Shown piece by piece: positions 11,793 to 25,420 of a DNA stretch of 64,000 nucleotides. Below the pieces are notes generated by a model. The model saw only the letters and a program-made list of their open reading frames with translations, searched no databases and was not told where the DNA came from. The stretch is taken from assembly GCF_018350175.1 (NCBI RefSeq), contig NC_058368.1:33792001-33856000 (forward strand). The letters are read 5' to 3'. The translations under genes and the position numbers were made by a program. The first letter of the stretch is position 1. Each line of letters begins with the position of its first letter. The stretch is from Felis catus. Its lineage: Eukaryota.

Positions 11793-14049
11793 CAAAATCC
11801 ATAAGTACATGCTGTCTATACTAAAGCATATTTGTGGGCATGGGAGGTAAACTATAGCTTGTGCATGCCGAAACATTCTCTATATTTGCGAGTCTTCACG
11901 AGGTTTTCCATTTGAGTTACTATAATAGATTCCTTGTGCCAAACATTTCTTCAGAAGAAGGAAAGGATGAAGGGCAAAAAAAAAAAGAGATGATAGCTAA
12001 GCAGTTATTTAAAAAGTAAACAGATAAACATTTTTTGCACAACCACTGAATGTGCCAGCAAGCATTAATCCATATTTAATGGATAATATAATTGATCTAA
12101 ATAATTTAAATAAGGTATGCAAGCAATTTTTATTTTCTTAGACAAAAAAATAAGCAAATATTTGAAATAAATAGCTTTCCTTTCCTACAGTAAGAATCCT
12201 GCACATCCAGAATGTGTTTTTATAATGAACTTTTTATATGCCCTAAATATATAAACTAGAAATGCCTCCTAAAATCAGGAACTCATCTCCAATATATCCA
12301 ATCATAAAGACATTTTAATGAAGTTTTTTTTCATTTTCCACAAAGATGAAACATAGTGTGTAAGAATCAGTCTCCAGTGTTGCAAATAGTAAATGCACTT
12401 AATTCACATACAAAAACAATAATTTCAGGAAATTTATTCTATGAATAAAAGATAGGAAACATAAATATCTATGAGTGGAAAAACACAAAAAGTTCAAACT
12501 TCTTCATTATTATCCTAATATTCTAAAGGTAGACTTATGAAAGTCACTTCAAACTACATAATGGATAAGACACAGAAATGAATAAGAAAATAGTGATCTT
12601 TTAGAAACATGGGATTTATTCTTCATTGGCAAATGAGACTACATTTAAGAATTTACGGTTCTCCAAAATTCACATATTAAGTTTTAAATTTGTAGAAATC
12701 CTTAAAAATACTCTTGTATAGTGAACATTCAAAGAAAATATTTTACTACGGTCAATATCTATGTATGTGTATATGTCGGAATTCAAAATCTCTAATAATA
12801 TTTAGAGGTCAAGAGATTCTGTCAATTCAGTTCAAAGGTAACCCAAGGCATAGATAACCAAGGCATAGATAAATCAATACTCAAGAACAAATATTGTAGT
12901 TTTCACCTACTATGTGATCAATAAATATCTGTCACATAAATATTCCCAGATTAAATAAGATTTATAATATATACTGAATATTCCAACACTGGACTTACAT
13001 GAAAGGACAACTTAATTAGTCTTAATTATCAAGGACAGCCAGATCTGCTTGGCATTTGGACATTTGCCCAGTGGTCTGCTGTACTCAGGTGCATAACCCC
13101 AGTTGAGGGATCATGTCATGGTACCATCTGTTTCTGATTCTGCCCAGATTTTTCTGCCCCTTGTGCTCTACTTGCTCAAATATTGCTGCTTGGTTTATGG
13201 ATATAGGGTCATCTTAGACAAAACTGTGAAGTGGATGATGTCTCTCATTGGCAGTCTCACATTTATCCTTTAACCTCCTGCAACCTCCTAGAAGTCCTAT
13301 GACCTGTTCCCCAGGTACTCATATGCTGTCCAAAGTCTTACACCATAGCATACCATCTAAAGCTTGCCACTGGTCTCAACTCCTCAACCTCAAAATTATT
13401 CCTTCAGGGCTATCTCAGTCAGCATTTTTAGTTGTTAGCAATAGACACCAAACATGCTTATTCTAAGGAAAAGAATACTGAAAGGGAGGACTCTGAAAGT
13501 TAAAAAAAATTCAGAAGGATTGGAAAGAGGAGTTGAGTTCTGGATTGAATAAAAAGGCAACAGGGTGGCCAAAGGATCTAGCCAGCAAGCTCAGAGATTG
13601 TTGTAAGTAGGTCAAAGTTCATTTCAACATAAACACTTTAGACAGCTTATCTGAGATATAAATATCAAGGAGTCTTAACAAAAAGATCCAGAAAGTTACC
13701 AAAACCCTTCCCTCCAGCTACTTTTGTTCACAAATACTACTTGTTTATTTTAAGATACAGGTGATGATAGCTATTACATAGTTACAGAAATTGGAAATTT
13801 ATAATAAGAGAATTGTCTATAAAAACCTCTGTGAAAGTGTTTCTCTGAGTCTGATTTGAGATAAGATCAAGCCTGAGTCCATGGTAAATCCAGGTATCAT
13901 GTGGCCAATATAATTTCCAAAGAGTCTTCAAGTCATTCTCGACCACATAATCCACATGATTCAAGTTTTCATGGCCAATAACTGACAGGAGAGAAAGACT
14001 TCAAGTATCAGTGGTGAATGATTTTTTTTTTTGTTTTTTTTTTTTTTTA

Positions 14050-14132
14050 GGACAAGAGGAATAAAAAGTGATAGCAATAGAGAATTTATAGTACAAGAAT
14101 ATATGACAAAAAAATCAAGGAAAAAAAAGTGG
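14050..14132 (+). mobile_element. Old L1M (L1ME-like) ORF2 3' fragment, left half
   Basis: Continues at 19195 after the TSD aaggaaaaa..gtgg; the joined sequence resembles late L1 ORF2. Confidence 0.5.
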
Positions 14133-17100
14133 AACCCTCTTTGGTAGGAACTGTCATGACTATTGTTGAGAATGCAAACTGGTATAGCCACTGTGGAAAA
14201 CACTATGGAGGTTTCTCAAAAAAAATAACAATAGAACTACCCTATGATCTAGCAACTGCACTACTGGATTCCACAAAGCACAACAATATCCATATCATAG
14301 GATTCACAAAAGAAGAAAGGTAGGAAAAAGGGGGAAGAAGTTTTATTTAAACAAATTATAGCTGAGAACTTCCCTAATCTGGGAAAGGAAACAGCCATTC
14401 AAGTCTAAGAGTCACAGAGAACTCCCCTCAAAATCAACAAAAGAAGGTCAACACCAAGACATATTAGAGTAAAATTTGCAAAATACAAAGACAAAGAGAG
14501 AATTCTGAAAGCAGGTAGAGGCAAAGGTCCTTAACCTACAAGGGTAGACACATAAGAGTAGCAGCAGACCTGTCCAAAGAAACCTGGCAGGATAGAAGGG
14601 ATTGGCATGATATATTGAACACGCAAAATGAGAAAAATATGCAGCCAAGAATACTATATCTAACAAGGCTGTCATTCAGAATAAAAGAATAGCTAAAGGA
14701 TTTCTAAGAGAAGCAAAAACTAAAGGAGTTAGTGAAAAGTAAACTAGTGCTGCAGGAATTATTAAAGGGGATCATTTGAGTGGGAGAGAACAAAAGCAAC
14801 AAAAACTAAAAAGGAACAGTCAATGTACAGTAACAGCGACCCCACAGGTAATACTATGGTGTTAAATTCCTATCTATCAATAATTACTCTGAATGTAAGT
14901 GGACTAAATTCTCCAATCTAAAGGCATAGGGCATCAGAAAGGATTTAAAAAACAAAACAACAACAACAAAAAAAACAAGACCCATCATTATGCTGCTTAT
15001 TATAAGAGAGTCATTTTAGACCCAAAGACACCTCCAGATTGAAAGTGAGGAGGTAGAGAACAATTTATCATGTTAACGAACATCAAAAGAAAGCTGGAGT
15101 AGCTATACTTAGAGCAGATAAACTAGATTTTAAATGAAACACTGTAATAAGAGATGAAGAAGGGCATATATCTTAATAAAGGGATCTATACAACAAGAAG
15201 ATCTAATAACAGTAAATATTTATGTCCATAACTTGCAAGCATCCAAACATATGAATCAGTTAATAATAAAATTAGGGGTGCCTGGATGGCTCAGTTGTTT
15301 GGGTGTCTGATTCTTATTTCACTCAGATCATGATACTAAGATCATGGGATCGAGCCCCATGTTGGGCTCTGTGCTCAGCACAGAGCCTGATTGATACTCT
15401 TTCTCTCTCTCCTCCTGCCCTTTTCCTTAGCTCGTGCTCTGTTTCTCACTTACAAAAAATTTAAAAAAAACATAACAAACTTAAAGAAACTCATTAATAG
15501 TAATACAATAATAGTAGGGGACTTTAACATCCCACTTACAACAATGGACAGGTCATCTAAGCGAAGATCAACAAGGAAATGATGACTTTGAATGACACAG
15601 TGAACCAGAAGGACTTAACAGATATAGTCAGAACATTTCATCTTAAAGCAGTAGAACACACATTCTTCTTGAGTGCACATGGAACATTCTTTAGAATAGA
15701 TCACATATTGGGTCACAAATCAGGCCTTAATCAGCACAAAAGGATTGAGATCATACCATGCATATTTTCAGACCACAACACTATAAAACGAAGTCAACCA
15801 TAAAAAAATTTGGAAAGACCACAAATACTTGGAGATCAAAGTACATTCTACTAAAAAATGATAGGGTTAACCAGGAAATTAAAGAATAAATTAAAAAAAA
15901 AATACATAGAAACAAATGAAAAGGAAAGTGCAACTCTCTAAAACCTTTGGGATTCAGTAAAGGTGTACTTTCCTCTAAGTGGGAAGTATATTGCAATACA
16001 GGTCTTACTCAAGAAGCAAGAAAAATCTCAAATAAACAACCTACCCTTACATCTAATGGATCTGACAAAAGAACAGCAAATAAAGCCCGAAACCAGCAGA
16101 AGAAGGGAAAGTAATAAAGACTAGAGCGGAAATCTATGATATAGAAACAAAACAAAACAAAACAAAACTAAACTAAACTAAACTAAACCCTCTGTAGAAT
16201 AGAACAAAAGGCACTGGCTTGCACAAGGAATTAACAAAATTAATAAACCCCTAGCCAGACTCCTCAAAAAGAAAAAGTAAATGGCCCAAATGAATAAAAT
16301 CATCAAAGAAGAAAGATCATGACACCTGAGAAATACAAACAATAACAAGAGAATATTATGAGCAATTATATGCCACCAAATTGGGCAATCTGGAAGAAAT
16401 GGATAAATTCCTAGAAACATGTAAACTACTAAAACTGAAGCAGGAAGAAATAGAAAATTTAAATAAACCCCTAATCAGCAAAGAAATTGAATCAGTAACC
16501 AAAAATCTTTCAACAAACAAGAGTCCAGGGCTGGATGGCATCCCAGGGGAATTCTACCCAACATTTAAAGAAGACTTAACACCTATTCTTCTGAAACTGG
16601 CCCCCACACAAAAAAATAAAATAAAATAAGTGGAAGGAAAACTTCCAAATTCACTGTATGAGACCAGAATTTCCTTAATTTCAAAACAAAGACCCCACTA
16701 AAAAGGAGAATTACAGACCAATATTCCTGACGAACATAAATGCAAAAATTCTCAACAAGATACTAGCAAACCAAATCCAACAGTACATTAAAAGAATTAT
16801 TTGCCATGATCAAGTGGGATTTATTCCTGGTGTGCAGGGCTAGTTCAATATTCACAGATCAATCAATATGATACACCACATTAATAAAAGAAAGAAAAAG
16901 CATCGCATGATCCTCTTAATATATGCAGAAAGAGCATTTGACAAAACACAGCATCTTTTTTTTTTTATAAAAACCCTCAAGAAAGTAGGGGTAGAGGGAA
17001 CATATCTCAACATCATAAAGGCCATATACAAAAGACCCACAGCTTACACAATCCTCAATGGGGGAAAACTGAGAGCTTTCCCCCTAAGGTCAGGAGCATG

Positions 17101-19181
17101 ACAGGGATGTCCACACTCACCACTGTTGTTCAACTTAGTACTGGAAGTCCTAACCTCAGCTATCAGACCACCAAAAGAAATAAAAGAATCCAAATTGACA
17201 AGGAAGAAGTCAAACTTTCGCTCTTTGCGGATGACTTAATACTCTGCGTGGAAAATCCAAAAGATTCCACCCAAACACTGCTAGAACTGATACATGAATT
17301 CAGCGGTATAAAATCGATGTACAGAAGTTTGTTGTATTTCTATACACCAGTAATGAAGCAGCAGAAAGAGAAATAAAAAAAAATCCATCTCATTTACAAT
17401 TATGCCCAAAACCATAAGATATTTAGGAATAAACCTAACCAAAGAGGTAAAAGATCTGTACTCTGAAAACCATAGAACACTGATGAAAGACACTGAATAA
17501 GACACAAAGAAATGGAAAAATTCCACGCTCATGGATTGGAAGAATAAATATCGTTAAAATGTCAATAATACGCAAAGGAATTCAATCCCTATCAAAATAA
17601 TGCCATCATTTTTCACAGAGCTAGAATAGACAATTCCAAAATTTGTATGGAATCATAAAAGATCCCGAGTAGCCAAGGTAATGTTGGAAAAGAAAACCAA
17701 ACCAGGAGGCATCACAATTCTGGACTTCAACCTGTATTACAAAGCTGTAATCATCAAGACAATATGGTACTAGCACAAAAATAGACACATAGGTTAATGG
17801 AACAGAATAGAGAACCCAGAAATGAGCCTACAACTCTATGGTCAGCTAATCTTTGATAAAGCAGGAAAAAAATATCAATGGGAAAAAGACAGTCTCTTCC
17901 ACAAATAGTGTTTGGAAAACTGGACAGCGACATGCAGAAGAATGATACTGGACCACTTTCTTACACCATGCACAAAAATAAATTATAAATGGATGAAAGA
18001 CCTAAATGGGAGACAGGAAACCATCAAAATCTTAGAGAAAAACACAGGGAGCAACCTCTTAGACTTGGCTGCAGCAACTTCTTACTAGACATGCCACCAG
18101 AGACAAGGGAAACAAAAGCAAAAATAAACTATTGGGACTTCCTCAATATCAAAAGCTTCTGCTCGGTGAAGGAAACAATCAATAATATTAAATGGCAACT
18201 TGTGGAATGGGAGAAGATACTTGCAAATGACATTGGATAAAGGGCTAGTATACAAAATCTATAAAGAATTTATCAAATTTAACACCCAAAAAACAAACAA
18301 CCCAGGTAAGAAATGGGCAGAAAATATGAACAGATATTTCTCCAAAGACATACAAATGACTAACAGACACATGAAAAAAATACTCAACATCATTCATCGC
18401 CAGGGAAATATAGATCAAAATGACCGTGAGATACTACCTCACACCTGTCAGAATGGCTAAAATTAAGAACTCAAGAAACAACAGATACTGGCAAGGATGT
18501 GGAGAAAGGGGAACCTCTTACACTGTTGGTGGGAATATAAACTTGTACAGCTACTCTGGAAAACTGTATGAAGGGTCCTCAGAAAGTTAAAAATAGCACT
18601 ACCCTACAACCTGGCAGCTGCACTGGGTCTTTATCCCAAAAAAATACAAAAATAGGATTCGAAGGGGCACATACACTCTACTGTTTACAGCAGCACTATC
18701 AACAGTAACCAAATGATGGAAAGACCTCAAATGTCCATTGACTGATGAGTGGATAAAGAAGTGGCGGTATATATACACAAGGAATATTACTCAGTGATCA
18801 AAAAGAATGAGATTTTGCCAGCTGCAATGACGTGGATGGAAGTAGAGGGTATTATGCTAAGTGATATACTCAGAGAAGGGCAAATACCATGTGATTTCAT
18901 TCATATGTGGAACTCAAGAAACAAAACAAATGAACAAAGGGGAAAAGACCAGGCAAACCAAAAAGGAGACTCTTAACTACTGAGAACGAACAGATGGTTA
19001 GTTGAGAGGATGTTGGTGGGGGATGGGTGAAATAGGTGGTGGGAATTAAAGAGTAGACTTATCATGATGAGCACTGATCAGTGTTTAGAACCATTGAATT
19101 ACTATATTGTACACCTGAACTAATATAGCACTGTATGTTAATACACTGGAATAAAAGTGAAAAGCTTAATAAGAAAAATAA
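14133..19181 (+). mobile_element. 5'-truncated, decayed carnivore L1 (part of ORF1, ORF2, 3' UTR)
   Basis: ORF1 C-terminal half ~14270-14780; ORF2 from ~14856 with endonuclease (IIVGDFNIPL, RIDHILGHK), RT ([22 protein letters not shown]) and C-terminal motifs; many stops and frameshifts; A-rich tail; TSD aaggaaaaa(aaa)gtgg. Confidence 0.97.
15275..15470 (+). mobile_element. Can-SINE inserted in the L1 endonuclease region
   Basis: ggggtgcctggatggctcag head, CT tract, A tail; L1 resumes afterwards. Confidence 0.9.
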
Positions 19182-19194
19182 AAGGAAAAAGTGG

Positions 19195-19650
19195 TCAGCT
19201 GCCCTAATAACCACGAAACTTTAGATTAGAGCACAATGAGTTTCCATTTAAACAACAGAGTTTGTATAGGTTTGAAAAACAAAATTGCTCAGAGCTAACA
19301 GAATATGGAGAATGAGGCACTCCTATGCAGGAATAGGTAGATGTACAAATGGCACAAGATTGCTGAGGACTATCAAACAACTTTCATCAGCATTTCTAAA
19401 TGTAAAACTAATGAACCCAACAACTTAGAAGTCTAGGTATTTAACAGAAAATTATCATGGATGTGAACAAATATGTACTCACAAGTTTACCATTGCAGCA
19501 TCTTGTATAAAAAGGTAAAATTTAAAACACTTTAGGTATCCAATGATTGGAACACTATGTAGTTGTCAAAGGTGATAGTACAGTTCAGGAGAAATGTTCA
19601 GAATGCATTAAAGGAAAAAAAAGCTGGTTATAAAAGTAGTAGTATATAAT
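19195..19650 (+). mobile_element. Old L1M (L1ME-like) 3' region, right half
   Basis: Diverged late-ORF2/3' UTR motifs (gtacaaatggcaca, tgaacccaacaactt, ttaccattgcagcatcttgtataa). Confidence 0.6.
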
Positions 19651-19676
19651 TTATGAAATAAACATATTACATGCAT

Positions 19677-20075
19677 TGTATTAGTTGTTTACAGCTGCAG
19701 GAATAAGGTACCACAAAATGGATAGCTTAAACAACAGAAATTTATTTTGTCACAGTTCTGGAGATTAGAATTGCAAGATCAAGGTGCCGGCTGAATTGGT
19801 TCCTTCTGAGACACATGAGGGAAGTATCTGTCTCTCCAGGCCTGTCTCCTTGGCTTTTAAGATGGCCATCTTTTCTCTGTGTCTTCAGTCTATATATTTC
19901 TGTGTCCAAATTCCCTCTTCTTATAAAGATACTAGTCATGTTGGAAAAGCACCCACCCTAATGACCTAATTTTAACATAATGACCTCTGCAACAACCCTA
20001 TCTCCACATACAGTCTGTGGTACTTGGGACTATGACTCCAACATGAATGGAGGGGAGGGACATAATTCAGCCAAT
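19677..20075 (-). mobile_element. MaLR LTR (MLT1B/C-like)
   Basis: tgtattagtt...gcttaaacaacagaaatttatt...cacagttctggag...cttataaagatactagtcat...ggacataattcagcc. Confidence 0.85.
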
Positions 20076-20119
20076 AATATGAATATCCATATTTCAATGT
20101 GTTTTTAAAGATATCAGAA

Positions 20120-20380
20120 TAGCATATGTGTATAAATGTGTATAAGTGGAGTGTGCATATGTGTGCAAGTGTCTGTGTGTGTATACACATATATATACAC
20201 ATATATATACATATGTATATATAAATATACAGAGTTTTTATATATAAATGTATATATTATATTTTATTAATTATTAATTAATATTAAAATATTAGTATAT
20301 AAGTATAATATATATTATGTATTATATATATTATACTTTATTATATATATTTTATTATTTTATTATTAATATATATATAA
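20120..20380. repeat. TG/TA-rich low-complexity tract
   Basis: Directly visible. Confidence 0.85.
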
Positions 20381-20403
20381 AGAGAAGAGCAGGAATGCAT
20401 ATA

Positions 20404-20930
20404 CAATCATTTCTGCTGAAACACTACATGTGTCTCTGAAAAAGATTCTAAAACCTACACACTAAAAATAATGGGATTTATGACAAAATTAGTGATAGGA
20501 GCAATATGCTTAAATCCTATGAAATTGTGTAACCAGAGCACCAATGAAAACAATACTAACCCTAATAAAAATACTTTAGTAGTTAAATTTCTGTAGGCAT
20601 TTTACTTAGATGTCACAGTAAGAAGATCCTTTGTGGTCTCAAAACTAGGGGTCTTGCTTCCTCCTTTGAAATAAAAACTCTGAAGGATATTTCCTTTTAT
20701 TCTTTAACACAAGGATGCATCTTTACAATTTCTTTATTAGCACTTTCAGCTTCTCCAGGCATCTTAACACATTTGAAAGTGTAGTATTTTTTAAGCCTCT
20801 AAACCAGTCACTACTTCTACGAATGGAAGGCAGTTCCATTTTATTTTCAGCTCTTTTTAGAAGTTCTCTGTGTATTGTTAAACCTTTGCTGGCAAAAGTT
20901 TGCCTATGATCTCTTCAAAACATTAATAGA
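20404..20930 (-). mobile_element. TcMar-Tigger (pogo) DNA transposon relic with a transposase fragment
   Basis: Minus-strand translation across frameshifts gives SKGLTIH...SSDWFRGLK...VKMPGEAESANKE...FRVFISKEEAR..FETTKDLLTV...NA, matching the Tigger transposase pattern SKALTLF...SRGWF.RFK...GEAASAD...RTFI..EE...GFK..KDRLTL...NA; TA followed by a TIR-like caatcatttctgct at 20402. Confidence 0.8.
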
Positions 20931-21079
20931 GTGTTGGGAAATGTGGAGGCATGAACCAACAGGGCTTGGTCATTACACTATCACATCACTTCCTTTTTAA
21001 ATAGATCAACTTTGGAATCAGTTTGCATTTTTAAAAATGGCGTACAGCACAAAGGACATTAATTCAAGATATTAACAGT

Positions 21080-21550
21080 GTTTGTGGTAGACACCTACGG
21101 GGTTTTCTTCCTCCAACCACAGGGTTACTGTCAGCATCTGCAAGTTCACACAATGTGACACTGATTGGTACACAGTGTTCCAAATGTGTGCATTTGAAAT
21201 CTCAGACTCTCCCCATTCCTTGGCATTGTTGGATTTGATGACCTCATTCTTTTTCCTGTGGCTGAAACTAAAATATAAACCGTTTCCAGCCATATGAATC
21301 AGAGAAGCAGAGGTCGTCCAGTTATAGGAGGAAACACAGGCTGAGGCCATGTGTAGAAATGAGGATAAAAGACAGAGAGACCTGATTGTATTTGAGTGTC
21401 TGGTTTCATATACCCCAAAGATCCTCCAGTTTCTGATTTTGTTTCTGTAAAACACTATACTATCTTTAAATAGATTCTTTTTTTTCCCCTGTGGTTATGC
21501 TGATTCAGATCAGATTTCTATCATTTACAACCAAAATAGTCCTAACCGAT
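21080..21550 (+). mobile_element. Old MaLR LTR (MLT1J/K-like)
   Basis: tgtggtagacacc start; end ...tcagatttctatcatttacaaccaaaatagtcctaac typical of an MLT1 3' end. Confidence 0.55.
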
Positions 21551-24539
21551 ATATGATTACAGCTGAGTAGTGAGCTAATGTGTGACTCTGATCTCCTCAT
21601 TATATCTTTCTTTATTTTCAAAAATTCTATGATAAACCTCTTTCCTTTTGTGAACAGACAAAATTATAAGTATTTGTAAAGTAAGCAGCGAAAGAAAAGT
21701 GCTCTATATTGATTATTTTATAATTTGGGCAGCTTTCAATAATGCAAAATGTGGTTGAAATTTAGACATTTACTACACTGGTTTTTTTTTAATCTTTACA
21801 TTTGCAATGACCACATTACCACTCTGTGACATTCACTGTCCCCCACAAGTTTCCCTGAATGCAGATGTGTTTGGCTATCTCTGACTAAAGAAAGCTATAA
21901 AATACAATTGCATCTCTCATGCCTTTCTTACCTCCTTTCAGGAAGAGAAGTTATGGGATGTTTCCAGGGCAGTAGGATTCTCCCTATTCCTCCACCCCCT
22001 TATCTAAACACCCCCTCCCCTTTTTCTCTTAACTCCATGTTCTATGTGTCTGGTTCCTCCAGAGGAAACAGAATTTCTTTAAGAAATGTATTCGTTTGCA
22101 TGAATTGCAATTAATCTGCCAAAAGTGAAAAAAAAAGAAAATCTCTTTAGAAGATACTCATCCCCAGTATATAAGCTATTGATATTTGAAAACGTTTTAT
22201 ACCAATAAATGGAATATGGTAACCAAAAAAAGGACATGAGTATTTCAAAGGAAAGTTAATATTTTGTACAAAAGAGGGACAAAGTTTCTCAGTGTCTACA
22301 AAGAAATAATATGCCTTTAATTAAGCTTCATGATTAAGGCTAAAGTAAGGTGAATGTTAACTTTAATCTTGGGTAAAATTCCTCTCATACTCTGATCAAG
22401 TGTAGACTTAATGACATTTCTGTCATCTTAACATCAATCTTCAAATTCAAACACAGGATCTAACACAATAATCAACACTTTAAACTGAAGATTAGATTTT
22501 ATACCTTAAACATGTTTGTCACATCAATCTTTACATATATTTATATATTTATGATATTTTGCCTGCTAGCCTATAAATTATTTAAGGCAAAAGCTGGATC
22601 ATCTATCTCCATTTATATATGGTTCAATATCCTGATGGTTTATGTCTTAAAAAATGATGTTATTATCTGTGGAATCAAGGATATTTGAAGTATAATCTGG
22701 AAGGAATCTGTTATTCCAATACATACATATCATATATGCATATGTACATATACATATACATATCACTAATATAATACCCACAATCACTAAGTATCCTGGC
22801 TATTCTCTACTGTTCTATTCTTTATCTCCCCTGCCTCATTCTCCTTCATCCACACACTGGCTCAGCTAAAAAAAAAAAATCACCTGTGGAAGTAAATATA
22901 TTGCACCGCAAATTTGAATGATTCTTTTCTGGAGAATAATTTGCATAGGAATTCTGACTGTGACTTGTTTAGATCATCAGTAAGCATTTGGTTTAGCAAA
23001 TATTGCCTCATAAAAGATAATGCTTTGGGCAAGAGACACAAACAAAAAGAAAAGAAGAAAATGAAAAACATTTGAGAAAAAGTTTTGCTCATTTACCAAC
23101 TTAACACACCAGTCCAGCCATTCCCTCTACTGCCCATATTGTTCTTTAGGCAATCTTTTTAGCCTCTATACGGAGCACGGTACATATCACAAAGTAATGA
23201 CAAGTGCTGCAAACAAATATTTTACAGAGACAGTTGCTAATAATTTCTTAATACCAATAATGACATGCACTGATTTGTTTTTTGCTGAAATACGAGTTTT
23301 GTGTAGCATGAACATATTCTTACCGATAAGCAAGCCTAGAGATGTACACAAATTAAAAAGAAATAATTGTGTTCTGTTAATAAAGTGTTTTAGCTAAATC
23401 TATTTGTAGAATGTGAACTTTACTTAATAAGATACTAAAATGTTTTTATTATTGTTAATAACATGTAACTACAAAAGTACAGAAGTGCAGCATCTATAAC
23501 AATTGAGATACACAAATTAGTAATTGATCACGTAGATCAATTACTTTGTGCTGAAGACTGACATTTAGATGAGTTAAAGTACGACTGTTAATTAAGCTGG
23601 CCAAATGCAGAAGGATGGAGTCAATTGCATTAATCTTAAAGGAGGCTGAAAAACTGATGATACAGTAATAAACACTTTTGAATTTAAAGCTTTAGAAAGT
23701 CAGAATATGTTAGAAGAATCTTCTCTTTTATTTAAAAGAATGATATGTTCCTTGTATATAAAGCAACAATCTTAATCCTCTTCTAGCTGTTGTGAACTTA
23801 GCTGAATTTTCAGGTTTCCTCTGTGTGCCAAATCAAATGGAAGGGCAGAAATAATATTGTTCAAAGTTTTGCCCAGTTTTACTAAATTTAGGGGACAGAA
23901 ACATAAGTATTATCTATTTTATTCTTCTAAAGAATAAAAGGGATTAGGACACTCCTTTTCAAGCAAAATTCAACTTGTAGCAGCATTACACTCAGTTTCA
24001 ATACAATCCTGCTGATCCGATTAAGAAGTGAAGTTACACAGGTGCATTATGTAGTTCACTTTGAAAGGAAAAAGCAACAGAGTTGATCAAAACATTTCTC
24101 CCCATGGCTGCATTGTCAGACAGGACCACTTTTAGGATACTAACAGAAAATGTGATAAGAATTGCTATTTCCCAGAATTGTTAAATGAGTATCTAATAAT
24201 GGGTATCAGATGTTCTTTCCATTTTCTTCCTAGTCTAACTCTGTAAGATTCAATAAAAGAATCAGTAATTTTGACTACAAACATATCTGGCTTCCTGCTA
24301 CCACCTACCTAAGTTAATTCTGTTCGCATTTCATATATGTGTATTAAAGCACTGAGTGTTCTCTTCCCAATGGTGCATTATGCAAAAGATTTAAAAGTAT
24401 GATTTAAATAATATCTTCATCATACCGTAAAATAACTCCAATACTCTTTGAGTTGTCGATGAATAAAGATATCTTTCCAATAAACAGAAAGTCAGATCGT
24501 ATTAGCATAGTTTGCCAAAGAAATGTTAATCATATATAT

Positions 24540-25420
24540 TTATTCAACTATTACTTGAGTACCTACTATGTGTCAGCTCATGTCCTGGATGATTGAAATA
24601 TAGCAATAAACAAAATAAGAAAAAAAAATTGCCTACCCTCATTGCAGTCATATTCTAGTAGTAGTCGAAAAGCAATAACCAAATATATAAGTGAAATATA
24701 AGTGTGTGTGTGGGGGGGTGGTAATTGGTTTTGTGAAGAAAACAACAGAGCACAAAAGAGTAAAGGGTATAGGATGAAAGAGTGTAATTTTTAAATACAA
24801 TTATAAGAAAAGTCTGTTTTTAAGTGGTATTTGATTAAAGACCCGAAAGAAGTGAGAGGGATATGCAAGCTGCTGTCTGTGGGAAGAGTATTCCAGGCAC
24901 AGAAGGCAGCAAGTGCCAAGCACACACAACCATGGCTACATTTCAGAAACAACAGTAGATACAAGTGAAGCAAATGGGTGAGGAGATGAGTGACAGTGAA
25001 TGAGTTCAGAGAGGTAACAGAGAAACACACTGTGTAGCACCTGGTAGATCACTGTATTTTAGGGAGATGGAAAGTACTGAGAAGGGACGTGTTGAATGGA
25101 AATCAGGACGTGTTGAATGGAAATCTGGTTAGGGATGCTTTAAGTTGATTTGCCTGTAGACGTTTATACGGTAACATTGAATATTCAGTTGCCTAGGCAA
25201 GACTAGAGATCACAGGGAGGTCCTAAGTGTATCAATTATCAATTGGCAGGTGCATTTAATGCCATGAGAATACATGAAATCACAAAAAGAATGAGTGTAG
25301 GGAAAAAAGTGAATGCTTTAGAGAACTTAGAGTTGGGGCACTACAATATTTAGTGGCTGAGAAGATGAGAAATCTGGGGGTAAAAATTAAAAGAGTTGGT
25401 CTATGAAGAAGGAAGAAAAT
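24540..25420 (-). mobile_element. L2 LINE remnant
   Basis: attcaactattacttgagtacctactatgtgtc (L2 3' end), gggaagagtattccaggcacag, atttaatgccatgagaatacatgaaatcac. Confidence 0.75.

Noticed and set aside
12838..12872. Short tandem duplications (also 25085-25126, 26057-26085, 47321-47360, 61058-61110)
   Set aside because: Two-copy slippage duplications with no spacer structure; not CRISPR-like
15391..18976. L1 ORF2-like ORFs as an active reverse transcriptase
   Set aside because: Broken by many stops, frameshifts and a SINE insertion
21072..21455. 127-aa minus-strand ORF
   Set aside because: Lies within an old MaLR LTR; no recognisable domain or splice context
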